64,000 nucleotides of DNA from Carcharhinus longimanus (GCA_030264375.1 JASCQW010000163.1:21323300-21387299); one strand, 5' to 3'. Positions 50,860 through 63,224 are shown, numbered from the stretch's first letter. Program-made: numbers and translations. Notes: generated by a model not told the origin, from the letters alone.

Positions 50860-52210
50860 CAGGCAACTTGATCATATTGAATTTGTGTCCTCTAACATGT
50901 AGGAAGTCTCAGATACTACCTTTGGCACAGATAAATCACACATGCAGAAAGTATAACCAGCTGCAGGAATTCTAGCTCCAAGTTTCAGATCTCGAACGGC
51001 GGTTACAATCACGATGGTGCATCCGTGTGGGTGACAGCTATTTGGATAGCATCATTCAGGGAGTGGTCACACTGCAGGGTAGAAGCAGTACAAAAGGAAT
51101 GGGTGACTGCCAGGCAACCCAAGAGAACCAAGCAGGATATGCAAGTCCTCCGAGGTCCTGCTTTGCTTTGAGTGCTCGATGTTAGTTCCTCACAGGAGTG
51201 CAGTCAGATCCAAGTTTGTGGTATCACAAGTGGCTCGGCTTTAAGGGAGGAGAGGAAGAAGAGAGAAGAGCAGCAGTTGTAGGGAATCTATGAATTAGAG
51301 GAAAAGGCAGGCACTTCGAAAGACATGACTGAAGGATGGCATCTTGCCTCCCTGGTGCCAGGGTCATGGACATCATCAGACTGCAACACAGTATTGTGAA
51401 GGATGGGGGTGCACAGCCAGAAGTCATGCTCCACATTGGTACAAATGACAGGTTAACAAAAGGATGAGGCCCTGCAGGGTGAAGTTAACAAGTTAGGGAA
51501 AGGTAGGATTCTCCAGATCACTCCTGAAGCTAAGTATAGAAATACATGACCAGATAAAAGTACGGCTGGCGAGATGGTGCAGTCAGGAGATTCCTGCATA
51601 AGGTGGGGTCTATANNNNNNNNNCAATCTACACCTGAAGCAGACCAATGTCCTTACAGGGAAATTGCTAGCTTTGTTTCGGAGGGTCTAAACTAAATTGG
51701 CAGGAGAATGCAAACCCAAGGGCAGATTCTTATAGGACAAATTCAGAGCAGGGAGCAAAAGACAGAAAATTAGTGAGTAACTTTGCAAGACAGAAGTAGC
51801 AAGGATTTAGAATCGTACAGCACAGGAATTTGGCAACATTACAGGGTATATATTTAAATACAAGAATAGCAAACAAAACCAATGAGTCGAGGGCACAGAC
51901 AGACACATGGCAGAATGATATCAAGGCTCTGACGGAAACTTGGCTTAAATAGGACACAAATTGGCAGCTTAACATCTCTGAACACAGGGTGTTCAGACAG
52001 GATAGAGAGGGGGCTAAAAAAGATGAGGGAGTAGCATTTTTGGTTAAAGCGTCAATTACAGTTGTCAGGAGGAATGACATGCTCAATTATCCTCGCATGT
52101 GGCCAAATGGGTTGAGCTCAGAAATAGAAAAGGGGCAGTGACACGACAAGCAACATTCAATAGATTCCCAAATGTAGAGGAAGACAGAACAGAAAAATGT
52201 GAGCAAATGT
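50860..52210 (+). mobile_element. CR1 LINE 5' region: ORF1 (zinc finger + SGNH esterase) and APE start
   Basis: Remnants H.CRK, CLPGARVMD, HIGTND, LHL...TNVL, then YLNTR.IANK.NE.R, ALTETWL, FRQDREG.K..GVA.LVK. Confidence 0.85.
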
Positions 52211-52817
52211 CTGAGTGCAAAGCTAATAAGATAATACAAATACAAAATTGCCACTGAAATCTGCATTAACAGAAGTGCTTGAACCTTCATCTATCTCAAG
52301 GAATGCAGTTGTTTCTGGTGAACAAAACATGACAGAAGTTCAAGTTTTCCTGCCTGATTAAGTCTTTTTAAAAAAAGTAGCATTGTCTCCGAAAGACTGA
52401 ATATCACTGAGGATGTCACAAATAATCAAGAAAAGAAGGGTGATGATGAAAGAAGTACTAATCAGGTTGAGTCTGCTACCCTAATATGCGTTGAGATACA
52501 AACAATATGACAGGTAAAGATCAACTGCATTCAAAGGAACCTTTTTAGCCAGCACAAGCCAAATGAGAGGGAGCACAATTCTAGATTTAAATCTTAGGAA
52601 ATGAAGCTGAACAAGTGGGTAACATAATTAAGAAAAAATATAAAGAAAGAAAAGGACTAAACATTCTGAAGGAAATCAGTGACAGACCAGTGGNNNNNNN
52701 NNNNNNNNNNNNNNNNNNNNNNNNNNNNNNNNNNNNNNNNNNNNNNNNNNNNNNNNNNNNNNNNNNNNNNNNNNNNNNNNNNNNNNNNNNNNNNNNNNNN
52801 NNNNNNNNNNNNNNNNN

Positions 52818-53288
52818 ACGTGATGTCTGTGTGGATATGCGCGACCTCTCCACTTGGAGCTGGCAGTTTGCGGTGTCAGTGGTAGCCATGATGTGGAGAT
52901 GCCGGCATTGGACTGGGGTAAACACAATAAGAAGTCTCACAACACCAGGTTAAAGTCCAAAAGGTTTATTTGGTAGCAAAAGCCACTAGCTTTCAAAGTG
53001 CTCGCTGCTACTTGCAAAATCTCACTCACTGTCTTGTCTGGAGACAACACATATCTCTTTAACCAGTGCTTAATGCTCTCTCCACACACTGTACCTTTAA
53101 GACTTGATTACCTGTAAAGACTCGCATTCCAACCATTATTTTGTAAATTGAGTTTGTGTCTTTGCACGTTCTGTTTGTGAACAGAACTTTCACTCACCCG
53201 AAGGAGCAGCGAGCGCTCTGAAAGCTCGTGGCTTTCGCTACCAAATAAATCTGTTGGACTTTAACCTGGTGTTGAGAGACTTCTTACC
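52818..53288. mobile_element. Penelope family A: probable ORF start plus terminal repeat (minus), followed by an inverted terminal repeat (plus)
   Basis: Minus reading MATTDTANCQLQVER runs into the gap. Inverted ~68-bp arms lie at 52928-52994 and 53220-53287, and 53090-53200 is the reverse complement of 27625-27735. Confidence 0.85.
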
Positions 53289-53539
53289 AAGTATAGAAAA
53301 CACAAGGGTGAAGTAAAAAATGAAATCACACGAGCAGCAAGAGGACAAGAAAGAATACTGGCAGTTGAAATTAAGGAAAAGCCAAAGGTGTTTCAGCAAA
53401 ACAAAGAGCAAGAAAATAACAAAGGAAAGGATAGAGGTTATCAGGGTTGTACAATGTAACTTGTGCATTGGTGATGTGGACAACTTTGTCAATGAGTACC
53501 TTTCTCCACAAAGCAAAGGGTTGATGCAGATACTCTAGT

Positions 53540-54357
53540 TGACTCATAGATTCATAAACATTTACAGCACAGGAGGCTGCCATTTGGCCTGTCCTGTTCA
53601 AACTGGTCAAAGATCTGGCTGCACGAATCCTATTTCCCAGCACTTGACCCATAGCGCTAGAGGTTTTGGCAACACAATACCTAAATTCTTCTTCAATATT
53701 AGATGTGTTCCTACCTTTCAAGCATTAAGTTCCAGACTCCCATCACCCTCTTACAGGGGGAAATTTCTCCTCCACTCCCCTCTTAACCTTCTATCTACCT
53801 AAAATACATGCCTCCTGGTTATTGGTCCTCTACTAATGGAAAAAAAGTGCCTTCCTAGCCATGCCTCTCACATACTTGAAAACCTCTATTACATCCCCTC
53901 TCAACCTTCACCTGCTCCAAGGAAAACAGCCTCAACCTATCCATCTCTTCTCATAGCTCAGCATCCTGGAAAATCTTTTCCACACACTCTCCAGGACAAT
54001 CACATCCCTCCTATAATGTGCACACAGTACTTGAGTTTTCACTGTGGCATAACTGGTGTTTACACTGTTGCACTCCACTCTTGTAGTGTCCCACATTAAC
54101 CACCTTTGTCCTGTCACCTTTGAGATGTGTGTGTATGCACCTGAAGCTCCCTCGGTACTTTTCAGATTCCTACCATTCCTAGTTTAATTCTTCAGCTGTT
54201 AGCTCTCCCAAGTGCTCTCACACTTTTCTTGGTTGAATTCCATTTGCCACTTCTTTTCCTACCTGACCAGTCCATTGATATCCTCATTACTTACTAGCCG
54301 ACCAATTTCCATGTCATCCACAAGCTTCTTGATCATACCTGTTACGTTTGAGGTTGA
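53540..54357 (-). mobile_element. CR1 LINE 3' portion
   Basis: KLVDDMEIG, YRRDVIVLESVWKRFSRML and tail CATAGATTCATAAACATTTACAGCACAGGAGG. Confidence 0.8.
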
Positions 54358-54457
54358 NNNNNNNNNNNNNNNNNNNNNNNNNNNNNNNNNNNNNNNNNNN
54401 NNNNNNNNNNNNNNNNNNNNNNNNNNNNNNNNNNNNNNNNNNNNNNNNNNNNNNNNN

Positions 54458-54670
54458 CACACCCAGGACAGGTACAGCATTGGGGTTAGATACAAAGTGA
54501 ACCTCTCTCTACACTGTCCCCCCATCAAATACTCCCAGGACAGGTGTAGCACAGGATGAGATAGAGTAAATCTCCCTCAACACTGTCCCCATCAAATATT
54601 CCCAAGGCAGGTATAGCACGGGGTTAGATACAGAGTAAAGCTCCCTCTACACTGGCCCCATCAAACACTC
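54458..54670 (+). repeat. ~69-bp minisatellite, ~3 units, continuing into gap
   Basis: Unit is approximately CCCAGGACAGGTACAGCACGGGGTTAGATACAGAGTAAAGCTCCCTCTACACTGTCCCCATCAAACACT, repeated in tandem. Confidence 0.9.
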
Positions 54671-54671
54671 A

Positions 54672-54770
54672 GAATCTGATGAAGAGCCAAAGGATTTGAA
54701 ATGTTAACTCTGTTTCTCTCCTTACAGACGCTGCCAGACCTGCTGAGTGGTTCCAGCATCATCTGTTCGG
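54672..54770 (+). mobile_element. Penelope family-B terminal repeat with decayed hammerhead
   Basis: CTGATGA-A-GAGCC-AAA-GGATTT-GAAATGTTAACTCTGTTTCTCTC...GCTGCCAGACCTGCTGAG. Confidence 0.75.
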
Positions 54771-55059
54771 GTTTGATATTGAATCAGTAATTGTGTCGAG
54801 CTGAAGTGCAGCAACAACAATCAGTCATTCTCTTTACCTCTTCTTAACAAAATAACACACCCACTCGGAGGGATGACTAAATCCAGATTAGGTCTGCGTG
54901 TGCGAGCCAAGTCATGACGAATGCCTTTGTTTCTTGCCTTGCCTCATAAAATACGTTATTGTGCCTCCCGCCCAAGTATTTTGAGGACCCACTTACGTCT
55001 TGTATTTCTGTGAAACACATGCCAAACACGTGAAAAGGTGTTGAGTCTGCTTGCCTCAA

Positions 55060-55450
55060 TTAATACCACCCTCACTTCTGACCAGAAGGTCAAGGTTCCA
55101 GACCCTACTTGAAAACCTGAGCACATAATCTGATGTGGAGATACTGGTGTTGGACTGGAGTAGGTACAGTAAGAAGTCTCACAATACCAGGTTAAAGTCC
55201 AGCACCAGATTAAAGTCCACCTGGTACTCACCTGATGAAGGAGCAGCGCTCCGAAAGCTCATGCTACCAAATAAACCTGTTGGGCTTTAACCTGGCGTGA
55301 GACTTCTTACTGCACATAATCTGAAGCAGTGTTTCAGTGCAGGACTGTGGGAATGCTACACAGGCAGAGGTGTTATCCTTTGGAAAAGATGTTAAAACAA
55401 CTAGATGTGAATGCAACTCCTTGAAATGTTTATGGAACAACATATTATTC
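55060..55450 (+). mobile_element. DeuSINE/SacSINE1-like SINE interrupted by a Penelope-derived mini-element
   Basis: CTCACTTCTGACCAGAAGG...GAGCACATAATC, then the insertion, then TCAGTGCAGGACTG.GGGAATGCT.CAC...AGATGTTAAA. Confidence 0.7.
55134..55311. mobile_element. Penelope-derived mini-element with inverted arms, hammerhead core and 13-bp TSD
   Basis: GCACATAATCTGA occurs at 55121-55133 and 55312-55324. Arms are CAGTAAGAAGTCTCAC..CCAGGTTAAAG and CTTTAACCTGG..GTGAGACTTCTTACTG. The core CTGATGA-A-GGAGC-AGC-GCTCC-GAAAGCTC is at 55232-55260. Confidence 0.85.
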
Positions 55451-55773
55451 ATGTGTGCAGCAAGGGGACCCTAGACAAGAGATTCAATGTGTGGCAATTG
55501 ATTTTATTCTGAGGAATTGGAGGCCAGGTGTTGCAAAACCAGGTGTATAACTCCGAACACCAAACTGATGCCCCAATTAATGCCCTGCTGATACCCAGTG
55601 CTCCCCTTCAACTTATAACTGTGCCCAGACCTCACCCACCCAAAACAAGCGTCACCCTGCAATCAGGCTCCTCTGTAGACTCACTCTCCAGGCAACAAAC
55701 CTCACTCACATGATACTAAATCAGCCTCCATGTTATATCTTAGAAAATTCAGCTTCCACTCAACTTTTCATTA

Positions 55774-56170
55774 GGGGCAGCACATTGGCACAACGGTTAG
55801 CTCTGCTGCCTCACAACGCCAGGGTCCCGGGTTTGATTCCAGCCTCGGTTCACTGTCTGTGTGGAGTTTGCACATTCTTCCCTTGTCTGCGTGAGTTTCC
55901 TCCGAGCGCTCCGGTTTCCTACCTCACTCCAAAGATGTGCAGGTTAGGTGGATTGGCCATGCTAAGTTGCCCCTTAGTGTCCCAAGATATGTAGGTTAGG
56001 GGGATTAGTGGGGTAAATACTTGGGGTTATGGGAAACAGCTCTAGGTAGGGATGCCTTTAATTTCAAGGGGATTATGTAGGGTTACAAGGATAGGGCCTG
56101 GATAGGATCATTGTCAGTGCAAATTCAATGGGCCAAATGGCCTCCTTCTGCACTACAGGAATTCTATGAT
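55774..56170 (+). mobile_element. Full-length HE1-type V-SINE with CR1-like tail
   Basis: GGGGCAGCAC..TGGCACAACGGTTAGC (A box), GGGTTTGATTCC (B box), V domain, and tail GGGCCAAATGGCCTCCTTCTGCACT...ATTCTATGAT. Confidence 0.92.
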
Positions 56171-56367
56171 TAGGTCCAAAGAATTTGTTTCCAAATATTT
56201 TTCTCCCTACACCAAAAGACCTGACCTTAATTCTATGAATGTCAAAACCAAAGTCGTTGTTGTGGAGATTCCAGACAACCCTTAGTTTCTTCCTCGGTAT
56301 GCTGGAATAGTGGTGATGTTACTGGGCTAATCATCAGGTCCAAAGTGATTTCAAATTCTGTCATGCC

Positions 56368-56835
56368 ATAGAGTTATAGAGGTTTACAGCATGGAAACAG
56401 GCCCTTTGGCCCAACTTGTCCATGCCGCCCAGTTTTTACCACTAAGTTAGTCCCAACTGCCCGCATTTGGCCCCTATCCCTCTATACCCATCTTACCATG
56501 TAACTGTCTAAACTGTCTACCCACCACTACTACAAACTCTGGCCGCTTGTTCCAGACACTCACCACCCTCTGTGTGAAAGAATTGCCCCTCTGGACCCTT
56601 TTGTATCCAATGTATCACTTCGCCTTAGAACCCACTGGCCTTTACTTTCTTGACCAGTCTGCCTTGAAGGACCTTATCAGATAGACCATAGCAAATGCAT
56701 TACCCTCATCAAAATCCTGGTTATCTTCTTAAAGAAAAGTTTCAACTAAGTTTGTCAAACATGATCTTCCCTTAACAAATCCATGCTGACTACCCTCATT
56801 AATTCTCTGTATATTCCAGTGCAGATATATGCTTT
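56368..56835 (-). mobile_element. CR1 LINE 3' tail joined to an RT fragment
   Basis: Tail CATAGAGTTATAGAGGTTTACAGCATGGAAACAGGCCC and RT motif SQHGFVKGRSCLTNLVE.F. Confidence 0.85.
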
Positions 56836-56859
56836 CTAATAACTTGGCATAGTAATGCC

Positions 56860-58475
56860 TCCTTAATGGTGAGCAGAATGAAGTATTAGCTATAAGCATA
56901 ACAAGGGAAGTAGTGACATCTCTGAAGATGGATAAAGCACCAGGGCAGGATGAATTGCATCCCAGGTTGTTCAAGGAAGCCAGGGAGGAACTAACAGATA
57001 TCCTGAGGATCATTTCTCAATCCTCACTAGATACAGGTGAAGCAGAAGCAGATTCGAAGTCAGCAATTGTCACATCATTGTTTAAGAAGGGTGCAAGGGA
57101 CAGGTCAAATAATTGTTCCAGTCAGTCTGGTGTGGGTGGTTAACACATTATTGGAATCAATTCTGAGAGCCAGGATAAACTTCCACTCAAAAAGGCAAGG
57201 ATTAATCAGGCACAGTCAGTGTGGTTTGTTAAAGGAAAGCAGCACCTTACAAACTTAATTGAATTTTTTTTTCTGCAAATATCAAGCAGGGCAGAAGGAA
57301 AATCAATGACAGTAGTGCAATGCATGTTGGCGACATGGATTTTAGAAAGGCATCTGACAAGGTCTCACATAACAGACTGGTCAGAAAAGTAAAACCCCAT
57401 GGGATACAAGGCAATGTGACGAGTTGGATCCAAAATTGGCCCAGTGACAGTAAACGTAGGATTGACAAATGCTTTAGCGAATGGAAAGCTGTCTCCAGTG
57501 GCATTGAGAGCTCACTATTGGGATCCCGGCTGTTTTTTATACATTCATGATTTGGTCTCATCTGACAGGTATGATTGGGAAATTTGTAAATGACATAAAA
57601 GTCATCTGTGTAGTTCATAGTGAAGAGGACAGCTGTAGACTCTGGAATTAAATTAATGGACAGAAAAGTGGCAAATGGAATTCAATCTAGAGAAATGAGG
57701 GTGTACTCAATTTTGGGGAAGCAAGAAAAACAAGGAAATACACAATAAATTGGAAGACATTGAGAGGGTAGAGGAAGTCAGAGGCTCTTGAGTGCATGTC
57801 CACAGGTCACTGAAGGTGGCAGGACAGATAGATACACTGGTGATGGTGGCATATGGAATAAACAAAGAATAAAACTCTTTACTACATAAGTAAAGGATTC
57901 AAAAGCAGGACATAATGCTGGAACTGTGTAAAATGCTGCTTAGGCCACAGGTGGAATTTTGCATACAGTTCTAGTCACCACACGACAGCAAGGACATAAT
58001 TTCTCCAGAGACAGTGCAGAAGAGTTTCACAAGAATGTTGCCAGGACTGAAAAATTGTAGCTGTGGGGAAAGTTCATGTAGGCTTGGGTTGCTTTCCTCA
58101 GAACAAAGAAGTGACTTGATTGAGATGGACAAAATTATGAGGGGCCTAGTTAGAGTAGACAGTTTCCTCTAATGGAGATGTCAATTTCCAGGGGGCACAG
58201 GTTTAAAGTGACCGACAGAAGATATTAGTTAGTAAAAACTTTTTCATCCAGAGGAAGGTCGGTATCTGGAATTCAGTGCTCAGATTGTGGTCGAGGAAGG
58301 AACGCTCAACATACTTAAATGATATCGAGATCTGCACCTCAAGTGTAGTAACTTGCAAGGCTACGGACAGAGTGCTGGAAGGTGGGATGAGAACGAGCAA
58401 CGAGTTTACCTCCTCAGCTGGCACAAACACGATGTACTCAAAGACCTATTTCTGTGCTGCAGATTTTTTATGGTT
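56860..58475 (+). mobile_element. CR1 LINE ORF2 (RT domain to 3' end), pseudogenised
   Basis: LKMDKAPGQDELHPRLFKEAREE, VTSLFKKG.RD, MDFRKASDKVSHNRLVRKVKPHGIQGNVTSWIQNW and C-terminal motifs, with many frameshifts. Confidence 0.92.
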
Positions 58476-59349
58476 AAACGTGCTACACAAGTTGTTGTTG
58501 GTGAGGGTTAAAAATATTCAATATACAACATGTTTGTCAAAATCTAAAATTAAACCACAAGTTAGAAGCTGCTGCAGCATTTTGAATACTTTTACTTCAC
58601 AAATAAGCAAAATTGTGCATGTAAAAAAAAAATTCACATTTAATTAACCCTGTGTTGTGGCACCCGTTTACAAGAACACATTTACTGGAAATGGAAACTA
58701 CTTTCAGTTTTCCAAGTGGCCTGAAAAGTTGATCCTGCAACTGAATGGAGTCAGTGTTGAAATATACACGGGCAACTTGCCTGCCACATTGCTCACCAGC
58801 TGATCTTGGGTCAGAGGACATTTGGTCCCTTAAGCTCCTAAGGCCATTGTTGTGAAAGACAAACATACAGCGACCAAAATATTGCTGAGCTCAAGGAACT
58901 TGGTATGTTTACACACTTAACACTGATTCCAGGATGATCCTTTAAACTAGTCATTTCCCACAACGCTAACCACAACTTTGTAAGCAAAAGGTGCATTTTA
59001 CCACATAATGCAGAATACATACTTATGTCAAGGTGAAGCCTGTAATTGAAAATATATTAAACTGACAACTAGAATATCTCTAACTACTCACTGCATGATA
59101 TGCACCATGGGTCTATCCAAAATCCAGCCTCAGTCATTTGACTGTGGGGCCCAATTGGAGTTTGAGGTTTACCTCAATAATTAACTAGACAATACTTGCC
59201 ATAAGCAGTAACACAAGCTGAGGGAAGGTTAATATTTTGTGTGCATTCTCTCAGTCGCCACAGATGCACCAGTGACATGATCCACAGTGGCTCTAAAAGG
59301 GCATTTTTCAATCTGTGTTTCTTGCTTGAAAAAAAATGCAAAGCATGAC

Positions 59350-59950
59350 ACACAAGAATTAGTAGATGACCATTCAGCCCATCAAGCCTGCTCCACATTC
59401 GATACAATCATGTTTGATCTAATTCTATCCTCAACTCCACTTTACCATCCATCTCCCATAAACCTTTTAATCTCGTCAACCAAAGATCATGCAACTCAGC
59501 CTTGAAATATATTCAATGGCGAGGCCTCCATTGCTGGATTGGGGAAAACAATTCCTCAGACTAATGACCCTCCATGGAAAAAAAATTCTCTAGCTCGTTC
59601 ATAAAAAGGAGACCCTGATTTTTAAACTGCATCTAATTCCCAACTCCCCTCTACAAAAATAAATATCGTCTCAGCATCCACTCTGTCAACTCTCCTGAAG
59701 ATCTGAGTTTCAACAATATCTTCTTTTCAACTCCAATGGGTACAGGCTCAACTTTTGTTCACAAGATAACTACTTCATCCCAGGAATCAATTGGAGTGAA
59801 CCTTCTGAGTTGTTTGGAATGCAATTTCATTCAGCAACTGGTCTCCTGAGTTGAAGAAGTAAGGCCAATTACAGCTGCTGCAATACTTCCTTAATTTTAT
59901 ATACTTTCACTTGCAATAAACACCAACATTTCATTTGCCTTCCACCTCAA
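59350..59950 (-). mobile_element. Decayed CR1 3' portion
   Basis: GACCATTCAGCCCATCAAGCCTGCTCCACATTC.ATACAATCATG tail and body. Confidence 0.75.
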
Positions 59951-60429
59951 CTTCAAGTCCATTTCACATTCCTTGTCTGAAGGCCAAATTTATTAAATCA
60001 CACTCAATAATGGACAACATAAATTAAACAGAAGTTGTCCAACTACGAAGTTATACTATTAACTCGTGACTGGCAGTAACTGGTAGTATCCCACTTGCAG
60101 GATCGCACAGTAAAAGTTATGCCTAACATTGGGAGTACCATAACCAAGCATGCATTAATATTTCAGCTCTACAACTGGGGCAATTCACTTGGACTAATTT
60201 AGCCCATCCTTCACTATCTTGAAGATTAATTACTTCACCTGAAAATCTCATTTCAAGAGCAAATTCAACATCGCACATCTTCCCTCGTAACAGTTTCCTG
60301 ATAAAACAGTATGATTGCTCAGGTGCTTTTTCCCCCATAACAATTTACTTCTGAGTTAATGACCAAAACTGCACACTATGCACAGTGGGTTCTGTCTGAC
60401 CAAAATCTAATACGCCTAAAAGCTTTGCA

Positions 60430-60630
60430 AACAAAAAAGATACTGCAGTTGCTGGAAACTTGAAGAACAAGAACACTAGAAATATTCAGCAAGTTTGGTA
60501 GACAGAAACAGTGAAACAGTGAGCATTTCAGATCAATCATCTTTCAGAACACAACCTGAATATTAACTCTGTTTCTCTTCATGGATGCTGCCTAACCTGT
60601 TGACTATTTCCAGCATTTTTATTTTGTTTT
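60430..60630. mobile_element. Old Penelope family-B terminal repeats, inverted pair
   Basis: ATACTGCAG.TGCTGGAAA...TCAGCA arm facing a TTAACTCTGTTTCTCT...GATGCTGCCT.ACCTG.TGA.TATTTCCAGCATTTT arm. Confidence 0.6.
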
Positions 60631-61315
60631 AGTGACAAGCTGTTTCTCACTAATTGTTGAAATCTAAGATATTTCAATTTTTCCATCAATGAAGCTGTTA
60701 GCTGAGGTTTACAGATTCACACATTACATTCCCCAAATCTTTCCTTGTATGTACCAAATCGTTGCTCATTTAACAGACATCTCATGTTGATTATTATACA
60801 GTGACTGATACTGAACTGTATTGACCACCAACTAGTCCAATAGCCTAACACATGCAGATTCTCAAAATCTGGTTCATGACTCTTGGACAATCCTGTTCAC
60901 TTCGGTGGAGTCTGCAAACTGGAGAATTCTTCCAAACATGATCAGGCAAGTAACCTGTGTCTTAACGGTGAGATATTTAGTCTGATATTGATTAATATCT
61001 ATGACTTACAATCCTCTGATTAAACCATTGTGTCGATATTCATTTTCAAATCAATTTTTTTGTACAGTTTCTCTCTACATTCCATGGGAAAAATTCCACA
61101 TTGCAGCAAAAGCAAATTTTATTATACATCCATCATAAAAGATGTCCACTCAACCAACAATGCATTCTGAAAAGTACATTTCTCTAAAAATGCTGTGAAA
61201 AAATGAGCATTCCAACTTCAAACTGAGCTCCTTCTTTTGCTTATGAGCATCACATTCTGCTCTGTGATGGAGCTCCTGAACCAAGCAAAATGTTCACAAC
61301 ATTCCCAACAATTAA

Positions 61316-61436
61316 ACTGAGAAGTCATCAAAACGTTGGCTCTATTCTCTCTCCACAGATGCTGTCATAACTGCTGAGATTTTCCAGCATTACCTGATTT
61401 TGTTTCAGATTCCAGCATCCGCAGTATTTTGCATTT
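61316..61436 (+). mobile_element. Penelope family-B terminal repeat
   Basis: AAACGTTGGCTCTATTCTCTCTCCACAGATGCTGTCA...TTTCAGATTCCAGCATCCGCAGTATTTTGC. Confidence 0.85.
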
Positions 61437-63224
61437 GTCCCAACAATTAAGGCACAATCCAGCCATATATCGTTGCCTGTACAGGGTTATCACATTAGGC
61501 CAACTGATCATCTTAAACTATCTATTCCACATCAGTAAGCTTCTTCATTCCGAAGTACAATGTCTGACTACTGATCCAAACGCTTCCTACTGCCATCCAC
61601 CTCCACAATCCACCCTCTGTTTGCAATACCTAGCTGCTGCTGCTTTTAAGCCCTCCATTTGTAACTTTTCCATTGCGGAGCAATGGTTCACACAGATTTT
61701 GCTGTGAAACACCAAATACTCCAGAATGCATCATAAGCTTCGCTGCAAGCCAATTTTCAAACCACTGCCTAGTGACCCCACTCCACGTTCACATTGAAGA
61801 TTGGATTAGGTTTTTTGCTCATAAAGACACCATCTTCAGTTAAGTGCAGCTGGGTGACAGAGCTCCTGCTTCCAGCAATTTTGCACCATCCTTTCAATTA
61901 GGACCTGTAGCTGGCAAATTGCTGATGCATTATTTTTATTCTCTGCTAGCAGATCAGCAGTTTCAAGCAGAAGGTTTTCCTTTAACCAGGAGAATTAAGT
62001 GACCTAGAGCGTTAACTGGTAATCCAATTCTAAAAGTATACTGGTCCCGCTCCATTCCGACAATATTCTAGTAGATTCTTACATGGAGTAGATTGCCATC
62101 CAGCCCACTCACTTTAATGTTGATACACAATATCAAATCCATAGAAGATACGTGGTTATTTGGAAAGTTGTGTTCACTAATTCAAGATGCACAAAACTAC
62201 CATTTCACTCGTACTGCAGGGTCAAGGCAATGATATATTCATGGAAATTGAACAACATATTGGCACAGAATATGGCCCACAAGCTTGCATCTTCAGAAAC
62301 CCAGTCTTCCAGCTATTATCGAGTCATGTACAAAATGCATGTTTTTAAGTTTGACTGTAGCTTGTACATCACAAGAAAACATCAAGAATACAAGTGTTAA
62401 CATTATCATGCATTTGCAATGTTCCAATGAAATTTGTTTTCCAAGTTTATGAATTACAAGATGCACAAAATGTTAATTGCATCCATCTGACTCATCTTAC
62501 TTGCATTTGTTTAATCTTGTTGGTAATCAATATTTTCCCAAAATGTCCATGATGATAATACAGAAGTAATCACGTACACCTCCAAGATCCACAAACAGCA
62601 AATTAAAGTGACCTTCTAACCTATTTTTGACCATGTGAGCTAAAGCAATTATCTTCTGCTGATAGGGTTACAAGTAGAGAAGGGGAAGAAACATGTGTGC
62701 AGTGCAAAAAAAAGCATAGGACCTAATGGCATGCTTTTGCTGTTCTTCAAATACTACCACATGAACAGGAACAGGTATGTTGGGCCTTCTTTACAATCAC
62801 ATGCAAAATAAGATATTTTCAATCTGAAAATTTAGTCTGGCTTCCAAGACCAAGTTCTGGAAGAGGGCTTCAAGGCACAAGCTGAATGAACTAAGCTCAT
62901 GCTTGAGGAGCAATGGATTGCCTAATTGATTGCGTGCAGTGCCAGCAATTTGTTTCCGTGCATGGNNNNNNNNNNNNNNNNNNNNNNNNNNNNNNNNNNT
63001 AAAGGGGTTTTAAATGAATTGTGTGCCTGTGTAACATGGAGTGAATATTAAAAAGATTTTGACCACCACTGATCAAGTCAAAGCACTAATAAGACATAAC
63101 TGGCATTCCAAATTTTCAGAGTTGTTGCAGCATTTCCTAATTTTACTAATTTAATTGCTACCTGGTAACTTGTCACTGCACAAAAAAAGTTAACAAGTAC
63201 TCAGACTATAACTTTTTTTAAAAA

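Larger units (their letters stand above)
4725..62999. other. Assembly gaps (N runs)
   Basis: Gaps at 4725-4824, 25258-25284, 27744-28113, 28995-28997, 37752-37983, 40818-40917, 43590-43689, 51615-51623, 52694-52817, 54358-54457 and 62966-62999. Four are exactly 100 N, probably placeholders of unknown size, and most abut young repeats. Confidence 0.97.

Noticed and set aside
54458-54670. CRISPR-like array
   Set aside because: Whole units repeat with no unique spacers in a vertebrate context, so it is a minisatellite.
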